A DNA stretch of 61,630 bases, filler included, from Dugesia japonica (GCA_001938525.1; 5 parts of 5 records of this genome joined end to end with filler, not necessarily neighbours in it); one strand, 5' to 3'. Shown: positions 39,201 to 52,604, counted from the whole stretch's first letter. The notes: a model not told the origin generated them from the letters alone. Numbers and translations are program-made.

Positions 39201-42200
39201 GTGTATACCATGGATAAAACACAGCCGATGCTCAACCTTCATAAATTTAAAATTAATTATAATCCCGAAAATCCTGGGATTCTACGTTTCTAATAATAGT
39301 AATAATACAGTAGAACCTCACACAACGGGACCCACCGGGACCGAAACTGAGTGATGTTAAAGAAAGGTATGACGTTATAGAGAGGTTCAACTGTAATAAT
39401 TATAACAAAAACAAATAAGTATTGTCTATAATATTCAAAATCATATTTAATGGAAATAAAACTAACTCATTGTTGATGGTGGATTATTTTGATCTGTATA
39501 AAAAATGTGACAGAAAAACGAAAAAGAAATAATTTTATATAATAACAATAATAAAAATAAGTATATATAACAATATAAAAAAATCTTAATATTAATATCA
39601 TAATTATCATTAATAATAATAATAATATTGGGCTTCAAGGCTTCATTTAACTCTTCTTCCATCTTAATACAACATTTACTCTTCGTGCATTTCTTCCTCA
39701 TTGCAAGAAATTCTAGGGTAGATACTCCGCAGCCGGCATAAAGTTGACAATGTCTCGAAATTAATAATAATTAATAAATGTCTCGTTATTATCTACCTCA
39801 GGTCCATGCGGGTCTTTGTACTAACCCGTCTTTAGAAGTAAATCGTCTTGTTGCTAGTTGCTCAATTTCGTCTGGTAGAGAACAATGTAACTCCAATTTT
39901 ACAATATAAATTTATTTTATAACAACACCTACTAATCTTCTTCGGCATTCTGCAGTAAAATCGGATTATATTACATAAGGTTTATTAATGCTTTAAAATA
40001 ATTTTTTATCATTAAAACAATTAAAGTTATTCTAAAAAACTTAATTTGTTTGCGGAAAACAAGACAGATAAATCACGAGATGAACGAGAACCCTATTAAC
40101 ATTCATTCATAACTGGAGTTCTAATTTCAATTGAGATATTACTAAATTGTTCTATGGTTTATTAATCACTAATGTATAAATTTATCATTGCATTATTGCT
40201 ACTAAAATTATAGTTTAAATAACTGTTACTTCTAAGTTAATATACAAAATAACGAATAACTCCAAAAAGTATGGGTCATACTATAAAATAAAATGATTAA
40301 TTATGAAAAAATTAAAACTCCAATTTTTAAATAGTCATATTATTTGTTTTTAATAAAAAAATCCTTTTTAAGAATTTATTCATTAAATATATCAAAAATA
40401 TCAGATTCATCTTCGAAAGAAACAATATCAATAGAGTCATTTAAAACCATTGCACCTGAAAACTTATTTTTAAAATGCCTCCCAAAAAAATCATGTCTAG
40501 AAATATGCCAATTATCATAATTTGGCTAAAATCCTGCACCATTAAAATAGTTCACGATATTTCCAAATTCCAATTAATCCCATGGTTTTTTGACTCACGA
40601 ATTAATTGTAATATAAGATGGTATAGGGTTTCCAAAATTGAAAAAATTGTGATGAAACGCAATTAAGAGAGCCTGATCATCTTGTTGTTTTTTAAAAAAT
40701 CTGTTATTAATACGTGACTGCACGATTCTTTCGTTGTCATTATCAGATTGCTTTGATAGAAAATCTGCAACTATCCTTTTTTCATCCTTAATGCACTGTC
40801 ATTACATATAATGTTGACTGAGAAATTCAGTCAACACCCATTGTCTTTCCAATAGGTTTTTCACATGAGTTGAGCTGACCGAAAGTTTGTGGTTGATGTG
40901 AGCGATGAAATTTGTCACTAATAAGTAATACTTTGATTGAAAGTACTAATACACCTAGTTCTCTATCGGCGGTGGAATATTTTTATTGAGTGTGTATTAA
41001 TTTTTACTAGAAAGGAATGCAATACGATGCAGCTTAATTCTTCATTCTCTTCGTTCAAACTTCTTCCAATACCCGACCCTGGCGCATTAGTGCATAACAT
41101 AAATGTGCGATATGATTAAATAAATTTTGTGTTCTATGTCATCTTTGAAGTGGATCAAGATGTCATTAATATAAGCATAAGCAACAACTTGAAAACTGTT
41201 TAAACACTTATCTATATGTCTTAAAAATGGCTGTGATGAATTCTTCAACCCAAATGACAGTTTTCTGTATTCAAATAGTCCAAAAAGTACGATTATTGCT
41301 GTTCTGTGCCTGTATGATTCTTGGATTGGTATTTGATTGTAGGCTTTCCTTAGATCCAGTGTGAAGAAAATAACTCATCCATTGCTTTTGTTTAGTATAC
41401 CACTCATTCTAGCAAGTTGATATATGTCTGGCTTAGTTATTCGGTTCAACATTTAGTAATCATAACATAGTGATTGACATTTTCGCCAATTCTTTTTGTG
41501 GAAATAGCATATCCTTTTGTTTGATGATTTCTTATCTATTATTTATCCTTCTTTGGCTTTGATTGGGTTGATTTCATCATGTATGCTGCTGACTAATTTT
41601 TCCATGTTGGTTTCCCAATCGTCTAATTTCCACAATTTGATCGTCTATTTCGATGTGATACTCAGCTAATTGTGTTTTTTAATCAAGGTTTAAGTCTATA
41701 TTCTGGGGCTTAATTATGTCTCATGTACTTTTGTAGGGATTTCAAGAACTTCAATTTAAGGATGTTGGAATTCTGGACTTCTGTGTGGTTCTATGATTTA
41801 AAAACTGTTTCATTTCCGTAAGTTGTTTATATGGAATCTTGTAAGAATTATTTTTGGGATGCATCCGCTTATTCATGGCTTCTATTATTGATATTGTGAT
41901 TCTGCATAATATTTCAGCTTGAAATTTTTCATATGGGGCTTCTTCCTGTGGATCTATTTCATGTGACACCAAGTACAATATAACTGATGGCAGATCGATA
42001 AATAAATAAGATATTTCGTTTTTAAATTGCAAATATTTGATAGCTCAAAAACTACACCCACTTAGGCAAACCAATTTACTGCGTTTGAAAAGTCGTTTGG
42101 CATTTGATCTGGATGGAAATTCTGATTTAGCCATATTAACAACTTTTTGAATTGGTAATTTTTATTTTGTCTACACTATTTTATTTGTTTATTAGTATAA

Positions 42201-45200
42201 AATATTAATACTACAGTTACTTTGTAAAGTCTACCTATTATATTCATGATATAATGAGAATAATAATAGCAAACTGCCACTGTTACTTCTGACATCAGGC
42301 ATTGTGTTCATAAAATAATGGGAATTATCTATTAAATTGCACTTTTAAAAAATTTATTAACATTTACAAATATGATTTAATTTCAATTTTAATTTTAATG
42401 TAGAATTTTTATTAAGAATTTTACACTATCCTTTTGTATATATTATGAATCATATACAGAATATTACAATTTGATATTTTAAGAAAATTTAATGTTTTTT
42501 TTATCTAGAAAATATTATGGTCAAAATATTACATTGGAAATTCGAAAAATCTCCTGCAATATTTGAACAATAATAACGAGCAATATCTGGTTTGTGAAAA
42601 CGAATTTGTTATGTCCAATAAAGTTGTTTATTTTATCATATTATTAGTGAAAATTTATTAATCTATTCAGTCAAAAACCGAAGTGAAAGAATTCGATTCG
42701 AATATTATTTCAAGTTTGCGTAAATCGCGCGGAAAGATTTATATTTCTCTGGAAAATGGAGAGATTTGGAAATATGATATTATAAATCGAATATTTGTTC
42801 ATTTATTTTCGTTTCAATCTAAAATGAAAGCTTGTGTAAATTTACCAACTAATTTCAGTTTATTTCTGACAGAGGTTTAATTTTATTAATTTCTTATGGA
42901 GTTGTGAATATTTGGAATTTATCGATTTTAGGATGGACAAGTATTGACTACACGCTATCGGAATTCTAAAAGAGTACCAGAATTAGATGGTTGTGTAGAC
43001 ATTATAGCATCATATGGAGCAATTGTTGTTTGTTATTTCGGAAATGGAGTTTGTAAAATTTATGTAATGATTTGATTTATTATGATTTTTAATTGTTATT
43101 TATTGATTTTTACTTATGGATTTATTTTAATGTATTTAATTGTGCAATTTTAAATTCACTTTTCCTTTGGTTCCAGAGAATCACTACTATTCAAAATCAA
43201 TGATTAGTATTTATTATGCATATTAATATAATAAAATCAAATAAATCTGATCCTAAATTAAATTTTAAACCAATTTTTGAATAACTGGATATCGTTTATA
43301 TTATTATCTTTAAAATGTTCGAGTTGTCCATCATAAAAATCACAACCAATAAAATTTGACTGAAAAATCTTTAATTTATGTATAAAGCAGTGTTTTCGAA
43401 TATTGGAATTATTTTAAAAGAGAATTTTTGAGATTATGCAATATGTTTATCGATCTAGTTTTGATATGTTAATAGTTGGTATATCTTATTTCTAGGAATA
43501 TTTTAATTTTTATTGAGTATTTTTAGAATTTAGTAAGAATAAAGAAATGTAGATATTTATTTTCAAAAAAAAACAATTTTTATCCCGCATTCACGAACGA
43601 CAAATAACAATTGAACTTGTTGATATTGTTATTTAAAATTGTATTTAAGAATATTTCACTTTGGAATTTATCTATTTTCCTTTTTTTCTTTAAAGAAGTT
43701 TTTGTATTAAAAATGTTCTTTTAAAGTTGTGAGTTCGAATATATTAATTATGAAATTATAGAATTCATTTAATATAAAAGCTTTGATCAAAATTTTGGTT
43801 TATTTATATTTACTTTATTTTATATTGATATTGGATAACAATTCGATATTTCGACATTGTCTTCGTCAGGAAATCGAAATGTTATCCAATATCAATAAAA
43901 AAAACCAAAATTTGGATCAAAGCTTTTATATTAAATGATTTCTAAAAAACGATCAATGGTTATGTCCAACAATTATTCTCGCAATAATTGTAATTATGAA
44001 ATTATATAATTATAATAAATTAATATAATATAATACAATTTTATGTTTTAATTTATTTTGAGCTTTTGGAATTTCAAATTCATATTTTTATTTTATTTTC
44101 TCAACTATTACAATCTAATTAATACATTTAACGAATTTTTCATCTTTTTTTTATTTGTTAATAATATTAATAAATCGCCTTTTTACAAAAATAATTCTCA
44201 TTCAATGTTTTTATCCTTAATCCTCCAGGATTTGTTTCCTGAGAATGAATAAATATGTTTTCATTTTTGTAAAATTCATGTTTTCAATCACTTTTTCCCA
44301 AAATGTTTTGATAAAAATTGTATAATATCTACATGAAAATTTTTTGACAAAATTATAAATACTTTACAACAGTCACTCCCAAAATGAGGTTACGAGGAAT
44401 ATCAGTGTTTCGTTGGCGATCAAAAAGGGTTCATTAAAAAAAGTAACTAATTATCAATTAAAAAGTCAATTCCTTACGAAGACTAAGTCGAAAATTTGAA
44501 ATATTGTATAAAAAATTGATTGAATCTTTTATTTTAATGGGGTACGTCCAACAATTATTCTCGCAATAATTGTTATTGTTAAACAAATACCAATTATATA
44601 TTAATAAAATAAAATCTAATTCCACTGCTTCATAAAATAGTTGGGAAATCTCCTATATAGAAACGAATATTTTAGAAATTTCAATATGATAATAATGTAA
44701 CATTATAATGATCATACCAAGCTTAATAAAATACTTTATATATAATATCTTCATTCGACATTTTTATACAATTTTGTTGTTTTGAATGTTTTTTCTTCAT
44801 ATTTCGAAATTTATTATTTTTAAATATAAATATCAAAATATTATTTTTTGAAAACAATTTTCATTTTTAATTGAAAAAAATCGATAAAATAGTGTAAAAT
44901 TATTTTTTTATTTTCTATAAAAAATAAAGATCTGCTTTTTTGAAAATATTAAAAACTATTTCAACAAATTATCACATTATGTTTAAGATTTTACATTTGT
45001 TTAAATCCATGATGCACCGATATCAACAAAACGAGTTTAAAAGCTTTGAAAATAAATAAATGTTTTTTTAGATATTTAACAAAACAAATAATTAATATTT
45101 AATTTATTATGAATTGCGAATTTTTTAATGTATGATTTTAGGCCAACAAGAAAATGTTTGAATTGGAAATTTCTCAATCTATAAAATTTGCAAAACTTTC

Positions 45201-45489
45201 AGACTCAGCATTGTCTGTATTAGATGTAGAAAATAGATTACATCTTTATAATTTCACGGTTTTTATTATTTCTTTTTGTTTGTATTTTATCTATTTTCTA
45301 TTTCAATAGAGAAAAACGTTTAGCTATGAGAAAACTCAAGTGATTCAGATTCCTACTAGCAAGAACATTTCTGCAATGTCGAGTGTAATCGACAAAAAAG
45401 TAATTTTTCATTGATATTTTGATATATTTAATTTATTTTAGGTTTTCATCACTGTGGAAAATGAGATTTATTCAATTGAATATAATTGA
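36232..45489 (+). CDS. Multi-exon gene: N-terminal coiled coil + C-terminal beta-propeller-like repeats (uncharacterised)
   Basis: In-frame AG/GT-bounded exons 37171-37291, 42509-42589, 42671-42874, 42932-43063, 45142-45258, 45310-45399 and 45442-45489 (stop). Blade-like motifs (KIYISLENGEIWKYD, VVCYFGNGVCKIY, LSVLDVENRLHLYN). The 5' exons at 36232-37120 are less certain. Confidence 0.6.
39308..39393. mobile_element. pogo/Tigger-type mini-MITE; its right end may also close a larger element starting near 37858
   Basis: TA|CAGTAGAACCTC ... GAGGTTCAACTG|TA. A similar terminus TAGTTGAACCTC lies at 37858. Confidence 0.7.
40840..42300 (-). mobile_element. Gypsy retrotransposon remnant (gag, RT), intronic, same family as 46085-48645
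   Basis: MAKSEFP gag start, PYEKFQAEIL, TLDLRKAYNQIPIQES..TAII..FGLFEYRKLSFGLKNSSQ..AYINDILI. PBS-like TGATGTCAGAAGT (42297-42285) resembles the complement of a tRNA-Leu 3' end. Confidence 0.85.
43761..43990. mobile_element. 230-bp fold-back retro-insertion carrying a hammerhead ribozyme (PLE inverted-pLTR-like)
   Basis: Inverted arms of about 70-85 bp, hammerhead core in the loop, hairpin tail, and flanking 16-bp direct repeat TAATTATGAAATTATA (43745-43760; 43991-44006). Confidence 0.8.
43842..43872 (-). ncRNA. Minimal type I hammerhead ribozyme
   Basis: UUC-CUGACGA-A-GAC(AAU)GUC-GAA-AUAU-C|GAA: intact CUGANGA and GAAA boxes, stem II, palindromic AUAU in place of stem III, AUC cleavage triplet. 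Confidence 0.7.
44468..44572 (+). repeat. Hammerhead-repeat family copy (core G>T mutated)
   Basis: TTC-CTTACGA-A-GAC(TAA)GTC-GAA-AATT-T-GAA followed by GTCCAACAATTATTCTCGCAATAATTG. Confidence 0.7.
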
Positions 45490-46084
45490 TTTATTGTTTA
45501 TTGACTTTTTTAATTGATTTCTTACAATTTTGGGTATTTATATAATTTATGATAGATTAGAAATAATTTTGTTATTTATATTATTTTATATTTATATTAT
45601 AAATATTACAATCAAACAAACCTTGTGTGTATATATGATTGCTTGTAGATCATGATAGAAATTTATTTAAATAAAATTGGATTCGGAAAAAGTATCAAAA
45701 ATCCTTCTTCTCAATATTAACAGTTTTCAATTTATATTTAACCAATTTTTTGATTTATGTATTTTTTAAATTTTATTGAAGACAAACTTTTCTGTTATTT
45801 AATACTTTGTTAGTTATGATGTTGAACTATGTTTTTGTAAAAAGAAAAATTCATTTTAATATTTTCAACATAAAAACTCGTAATAAGATATTTATTTGGT
45901 TAATGATAATAAATTGATTTGACTCGGTTTATCAGGTAAAGATTCATCTTCCTGAAAAAATTTAAACATTTCTCTTACTTAAACTTTATTATTATTTGTA
46001 GTATTAATATTTTAATACTAATAAATTCATTTGTTTAAATATTGTGATTGAAATAAACATTACGAATTCAAAACTTGTTATTTT

Positions 46085-48645
46085 GGCGAAATCAGAATTT
46101 CCAGTTAACAATAATGATGTCAGAAGTGGCGAAGAAAACCACAACCAAATCTAAATGTCAAATTACTCAAACTCAACAAATTGGTTTGCCCAAGTAGATG
46201 CAGCTTTTGAGCTATCAAATAACCGAAGTTCAAGGAAAAAATAATTCCACTGTCTTACCAGTCTGCCACCAGCTATATTGAAATTAGTGTCACATGAAAT
46301 GAATCCTCAAGTTGAAGACCCATACGCAAAATTGAAAGCTGCAATACTAAGCAGAACCACAATGTAAGCCATGAATAAATTAATGAATCCCAGTACTGAT
46401 TCTTACAAGACTCCATCAAGAAAGCTGTCAGCAACATATGTGATGAGATCAACGCAATCAAATGAAACAATTTTACAAAATTATTGAGTCTCATCGAAAT
46501 CCAGAAACTTCCAATATTTTGAGACTGAAGTTCTGGAATTTCTACCAAAATACATGTGACATCATTTAGTTCAGCACAGAGACAAAAGCCTTGAAGAATT
46601 AGCTCAGTTAGTAGAATATCATTTTGAAATGGATGATCAAAATGTCGAAATTACTGACATCAGGCAATTGGAAAATCAGCATGACGAAATCACAATCAGA
46701 AACATACGTGATGAGATTAACGCAATCAAAGCCAAACAAAAACACATTAAAGATAAGATATAAAGAAAGATATATGTTACTTCCAAAGATAACTTGGCAA
46801 AAATTCAAGAAAATGCCAATCTCAATTCGGAAAAAGGCAATGAATCTCACTGAAATCAACCACTGAAATCCGCGACGAACCCAAACAGTCGGTAGAAGTA
46901 CAATTTATTTTCACAGTCTCAGGTTGGTCAAACAATAATCAAAATATATTTCTAATTGAATCAGATGCAGATATCAGCATCCTACCATATCAAATGTTTA
47001 TCCAAAATAACAACAATGTTAAACATTCATTTTTAAAAGCAAATGAAAAAAACATAGTTTATGGTGAAAAGATAATTTTACTTCACATACTAAGTATTCA
47101 GCCACATTTTAATGGACGTTTACAGTAGCAATTAAAATGTTGAATTAAATATTGAAATCAGATGTTTTGTCAAAACATTGTCTTTTAATAGATTATCGTA
47201 GCAATCAGATCTTTCAAGGACGACAGCAAAGTAATGAAATTTTAAACCCAGAATGCGCAACGGTGCTGCGAATAGACACCGATGGTATACCAGTTCATCA
47301 ACGTGCTCAAAGATTGGGACCATTAATTATGAAGAAAATCAAACTTGAATTTAAAAAATTAATTAAACAAGACATCGTCCCACCAAGCAGTAGTGAATGG
47401 GCATATTAAATGGTATGTATCAGGAAGAAATATGGAACATTTTGACAATGCGGCAATAACCGAATGTTGAACTCAATAACTAAGCCAGATAAATAACCAC
47501 TTCCTAGAATGAGTGACATCCTAGACAGAATCAATGGATGTAATATTTTCTCCACAATGTATCTGAGAAAATCCTACCGTCAAATTTCAATCCAAGAATC
47601 AGACAGGCACAGAACAGCAATAATTACACCATTTGGCATATTTGAATACAGAAAGATGCCATTTGGATTGAAAAATTCATCACAAAAATTTAAAAGACAC
47701 ATGGACACTTGCCTTAGCAGTTATCAAGCCTTTGCTTCTGTTTATGTTGATGACATTTATATCTACTCTAAATATGACAAAGAACACATAATTTATTTAA
47801 AAGAAATCATGTTGGAACTTGAAAAACACGGATTGATCATCAACTCAAATAAATGTCAGCTCAATAAAAATGAAGTAAAATTTCTAGGATTCTCGATATC
47901 CAAGAAAGATATCAAACCTATCAATGAACGAATAAAAGCTATCAAACGTTTAACAACACCAAGGAATGCAAAAGCCCTACAGAGAATCTTAGGCACTATG
48001 ACATTCTATCAATGAATGATTCCAAAAATGTCATAGACACTTGCTCCAATTCATGAACTTACAACACCACGTAATAAGAAGAAATATTTTAAATGTTCAT
48101 GACTATACGACAAGGCATCTCAAGAAGCAATACAAAACTATCTGAAGTGACTGAAATGGCAACTGCTGGTCAATAAAAGACATTTATATTATGCACTGAA
48201 GCGTCACCAGATTGCTAATGCTAAGATTAATTTCAGATCAATATTTTTGGCTAAAAATGAGAGCTCAAATCCGAAATTGGTGTGAACACTGTCTTAAATG
48301 TCACGCAAATAAAGTTTCAAGTCACACGAAGGCACCGATTGATACATTACCAAACTTAGGAAAATTTTAAATAGTACAATTAGATATAGTAGGACTTCTA
48401 CCAACTATCAAACGTAAAAAATATTTGCTTACCATGATTGATAAAGAAACCTCATGGACTGAAGTGGCTCAGCTAAGAGAAATCACTACGTCAAGCATAG
48501 TTGCAGCGATAATAAAAGACTGGATACGGCGTTTTAAAGCACCAGAAATCGTGATAACAGACAACGGACAACAATTTGTTTCAAGAGAGCTCAACACATT
48601 CTGTGATACATTTGAAATTGAGCATATGCGTACTACACCAGTAGG
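46085..48645 (+). mobile_element. Ty3/gypsy retrotransposon remnant (gag-PR-RT-partial RH-IN)
   Basis: WFAQVDAAFEL gag, FLIESDADISILP (protease DSGA-like), PSSSEWA, TAIITPFGIFEYRKMPFGLKNSSQ, VYVDDI, NSNKCQL..VKFLGF, WCEHCLKC, WIRRFKAPEIVITDNGQQF. Many stops. Confidence 0.92.
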
Positions 48646-48679
48646 TAGATAGTGGTGCATGGACAAAATTTGAGTGCAC

Positions 48680-48895
48680 AACTCTCACAATCACCAAGTT
48701 TTAATGTACACAATACTCGCTTTCATCAAGTATTAACATACATACATTACAATCTTCGCTTTCATTAATTTTTAATACATAAGACTCGCTATCAGCAGTT
48801 CTTATCATATACAATTATCACTATCATCAAGTATTAACATATACAATACTCACTATAAGTATTACCATACACAATACTCGTTATAATCATTTACC
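48680..48895. repeat. Degenerate tandem repeat (~30-32 bp, ACAATACTCGCTxTCATCAAGTATTAACAT) next to the truncated integrase
   Basis: About seven imperfect units read directly. Confidence 0.7.
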
Positions 48896-51831
48896 TACTA
48901 ATTATTCAGTTAATAGCTTAATCTATTCATCGCTTATTCTTAAAATCAGGTCTATAATATATACTGAATATAAACCTTAAACCAATAACTGGTAATTTGT
49001 TCACATATTTTGAACTGAATATATATAACTCCTTTGTAAACATACCCTCTTATCAATTAATTTACCCATTGAATATCTGCTTGTAATTTTTATTGAATCA
49101 TTAAAATTCAAACCAGTTATTCGCCAATCTATTATAAGCGTTTCAAATTAATTAAATAAATCCTAAAATAGAAATTTTATTCAATCAAAGTAAACTAATT
49201 AATTAAAATTTTATGTAGTTTTAAAATTAATCAAACAGTACATTTTAGATCAATGAAAAGTGAGACTATCAAAGAGTGAGAAAACTAATAAAGAGTGAAG
49301 ACCTGCGAAAAGCGAAAATACCATTGATAACTAAATATCAGTTCACAGTACACAGTGAGTAGCTCATTGATTACTGAAAACTAATCTACAGTGGTCAAAG
49401 CTCTGATGACCACTGTACAGATAACAGAGTTTTGATATCCAAAGACTAATGCACAGAGTTCAGAATATTGTGACCGAGCACTAGAGAACCGAGTTTTGAT
49501 AACTGATGATTAGTGAGGTGTGGAAAAGATCAATGAAGAATAATTTATCAGACAAAGAAGTCAAAACCAGTCAAAAAGTAGACCAGATTGGATATTAATT
49601 TGACTGAGAGCATCTAATTTTAACATTAACACTGTTTGAAATCCGCAATTATTTAATATTACTAGAAAACAACTTGTATGAAGTACTTGATTTTTGATTT
49701 ATTTCTTTAAGGATAAAGTTTGACAACTATTATACTAATATTAATGAATTTTATTTTTGTTAAATCGCATCGCATTAATTTAATTTGTAATCATTTTACA
49801 TGAACACGTTTTATTTTGTCATAATTTTAAATTTCAAATAAACAATAAGTGACTTCTTTAATTTTTTAACAGACTTTTAGTTTAAAGGTTTAGAAAAATG
49901 AAATATTCTACTAAATGTTATGATGAAGATTGAAAATAATTGTATGATGGAAATCAAATCCAGTAAGTCTTAGTTAATTTTAATTGATTTTTGTAAATTT
50001 TTACTTTTGATTTTAATTGTGATTTAGAATTAAATAATATGAATGATGCATGTATTTTAATTTAAATTAATAGTTAATTATATAAAAAAATTTTAATAAA
50101 TCTTGTTTAAATTCATTGTTTGCAATAAATGTAAACTTTTCAAATTTCAAAATTAAATTTGACTTGGTTTAAAAATTACAAATACAAAATAAAGACTAAG
50201 TTTTAAAATATGTGTAACTTTTCTTTAAGTCACTTAGAATTTTAATAAATTTATATAAAGGTTGAATAATTTTACTAAGTTCCATAACCTTTGTTGGATT
50301 TCATTAGATTTTTACCAACCATCCAACTAGACCATTAAAAAACAAGAATTATGTTCCCTATTTTAAGAATTATATGAAAAATGTAATGAAATCAGATGGG
50401 ATTTGATGACTTTATTAAATGTTCACCGTTTATTTTAATTATTATTACAAATGTATACTTTTCACATAATTTAACTTGTGAAATTGAAATTCATATGACT
50501 TTTTGAAAACATTTTATTGATTTTTGTGGTTCAATAATGGTGTGTTCAATTCCTATGATTGCCCATTTATTCTACACTTTGTTTTTTGGATTTTACAAGT
50601 CTCCTATAAAAATTAACGATTTTAGATGATGATATTTAGAATCAACAAAGAATTTTCTATCCAATATATTCTTTGATGTTAAAATTTGAGTTACTTTTTA
50701 ATTTTTCAAAATTTGATGGTTTATTATTAGAGACTATAATTATCCATTAGAGCAACCCATAATAAGTACTTGTTTTTAATTTATTTCATCAATAATAAAG
50801 TTTGATGAGTTTATCCGTATTAATAATGATATTTGAAATATTTTCAATTACTGCATGGTCCAGCTGTAATAGCATTTCTTTTACAGTTCATCAGTGGTGG
50901 TTCGATTCTTAAGATTGTCGACTTATTTTACACTTTGTTTTTTCTTTATAATTTTTTATCTATAAAGTTTGGTTATTTTTAACCTTGTTTTTTTACTCAA
51001 AATGAAATTCTCTATCGAATAGATTAATTTATAATAACATTTCAGTTACCCTTTCCAAAATTCATAATTCCCTNCCGGACTCCTAAAAATGAAGAATATG
51101 TTTTTTCAATATACCTTTTTATCTATAAGGTTTGGTGATTAATCGTTTACATTTTTGGAGTCAGTGAAAGATTTTCTATCGAATGAATACCTTTTTGACC
51201 AATTTTAAGATACTTTTCAATTTTCGAAAAAAGTTACTAAATCTGAGAGGACAGCTGAATATCTTCTTTAGAAAGTATTTTTACCCATACAATATACAGT
51301 TTGCATAATCACTTTTTCCTCGTGAGTAAAATAATACAAAATTTGAAATGAGATATGTATGCAGAGAAAATTGAGCACCAAAATTCAAATATTTGGAGAT
51401 TTTTCACCACAAAACCCTATTTATTTCATTCCAGATAAACTTTGGCGATTTTAGGTTTATATTTTTGAAATCAGCAAAGAATTCTCTATCTGTTGGGTTT
51501 TTAGGATTTGTTGTTTTTATTTAAAATACTTTTTTATTTAAAAAATACTCGCCATTCTCAGTCACTTCCAATAATTGNNNNNNNNNNNNNNNNNNNNNNN
51601 NNNNNNNNNNNNNNNNNNNNNNNNNNNNNNNNNNNNNNNNNNNNNNNNNNNNNNNNNNNNNNNNNNNNNNNNNATCGCGTCTTAGGCATCGATTCATGAA
51701 CACTACCGTGATAAACCTCTTTCTTGCTCAGTATTAATTCGCCTTATGCTTACAAGCTCGTTCTTATCGAGTCTCATTTAATGCACACACCACAACAAAA
51801 CAAAATTGATAACAACCCATTTTCAGCTAAC

Positions 51832-51931
51832 NNNNNNNNNNNNNNNNNNNNNNNNNNNNNNNNNNNNNNNNNNNNTTAATTAATTAANNNNNNNNNNNNN
51901 NNNNNNNNNNNNNNNNNNNNNNNNNNNNNNN
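51832..51931. other. Artificial 100-bp scaffold spacer
   Basis: 44 N + TTAATTAATTAA + 44 N. Confidence 0.95.
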
Positions 51932-52179
51932 AGATATCCAATGCAAAGTGCTGACACCATTGACCAATAGAGATTAATAAGTTCTAAAGATCAAGCAAGT
52001 ATTATGAAAAATGAACCCAAACCAACGGAATGCGAGTCTCTACTCGGATTCCAAGTCAACGACTCCATTCAGAAGATCTGGATTTTTGGGGACGCCAGAT
52101 TAAATTCTTCGCGGGGTTTTACTAGGCACTAGACTAAATTTTCCAAAAGATTAACATACCTAGGTAGAACCCCAACAAC

Positions 52180-52212
<33 letters not shown>
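51932..52212 (+). mobile_element. 3' end of an R4/Dong-like non-LTR retrotransposon ending in (AAT)n
   Basis: Frameshifted IQK..LGT..ILRGVL resembles the terminal QKAVLLGTARILRKVL motif of RLE-type elements. A short UTR is followed by (AAC)(AAT)n. Confidence 0.45.
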
Positions 52213-52462
52213 TAATTTAATTTCAATTTCTCTAATAGTCTTTAATTGATATAGGTCAACGATAAGTACTGGAAAACTTGCAATAATGAAGTAAATTATT
52301 CATCAAATACATAAATATTAAAGTTGGTTCTAGAATTTATATTTCTAAATATTTTTATAAATCAAAATTATGATTTTTAAAAAATAAATAATCATTTTCT
52401 CAATTTAGTTTACAAAGTATTTTGTTATTAGAATAATTTTTTAATCTTTAAAATCCTTTCAG

Positions 52463-52604
52463 GTCAGATTTGGCTCGTGTGTTACAATTGCCCACCAGTT
52501 ATGCAGACTTCAAAAATTTGAAAATGGGACGAGAAACGATGCATGCAGCGCTTTCATATTACGTACAAGAGTTTGATGGATATTTGTCTACAATACCCGT
52601 TTAA
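52463..52604 (+). CDS. Probable terminal coding exon, unidentified protein
   Basis: TTTCAG acceptor, then open frame SDLARVLQLPTSYADFKNLKMGRETMHAALSYYVQEFDGYLSTIPV* with raised GC. Confidence 0.45.

Noticed and set aside
49870-50430. Possible small exons
   Set aside because: Splice-like signals are present but no consistent frame or recognisable product.
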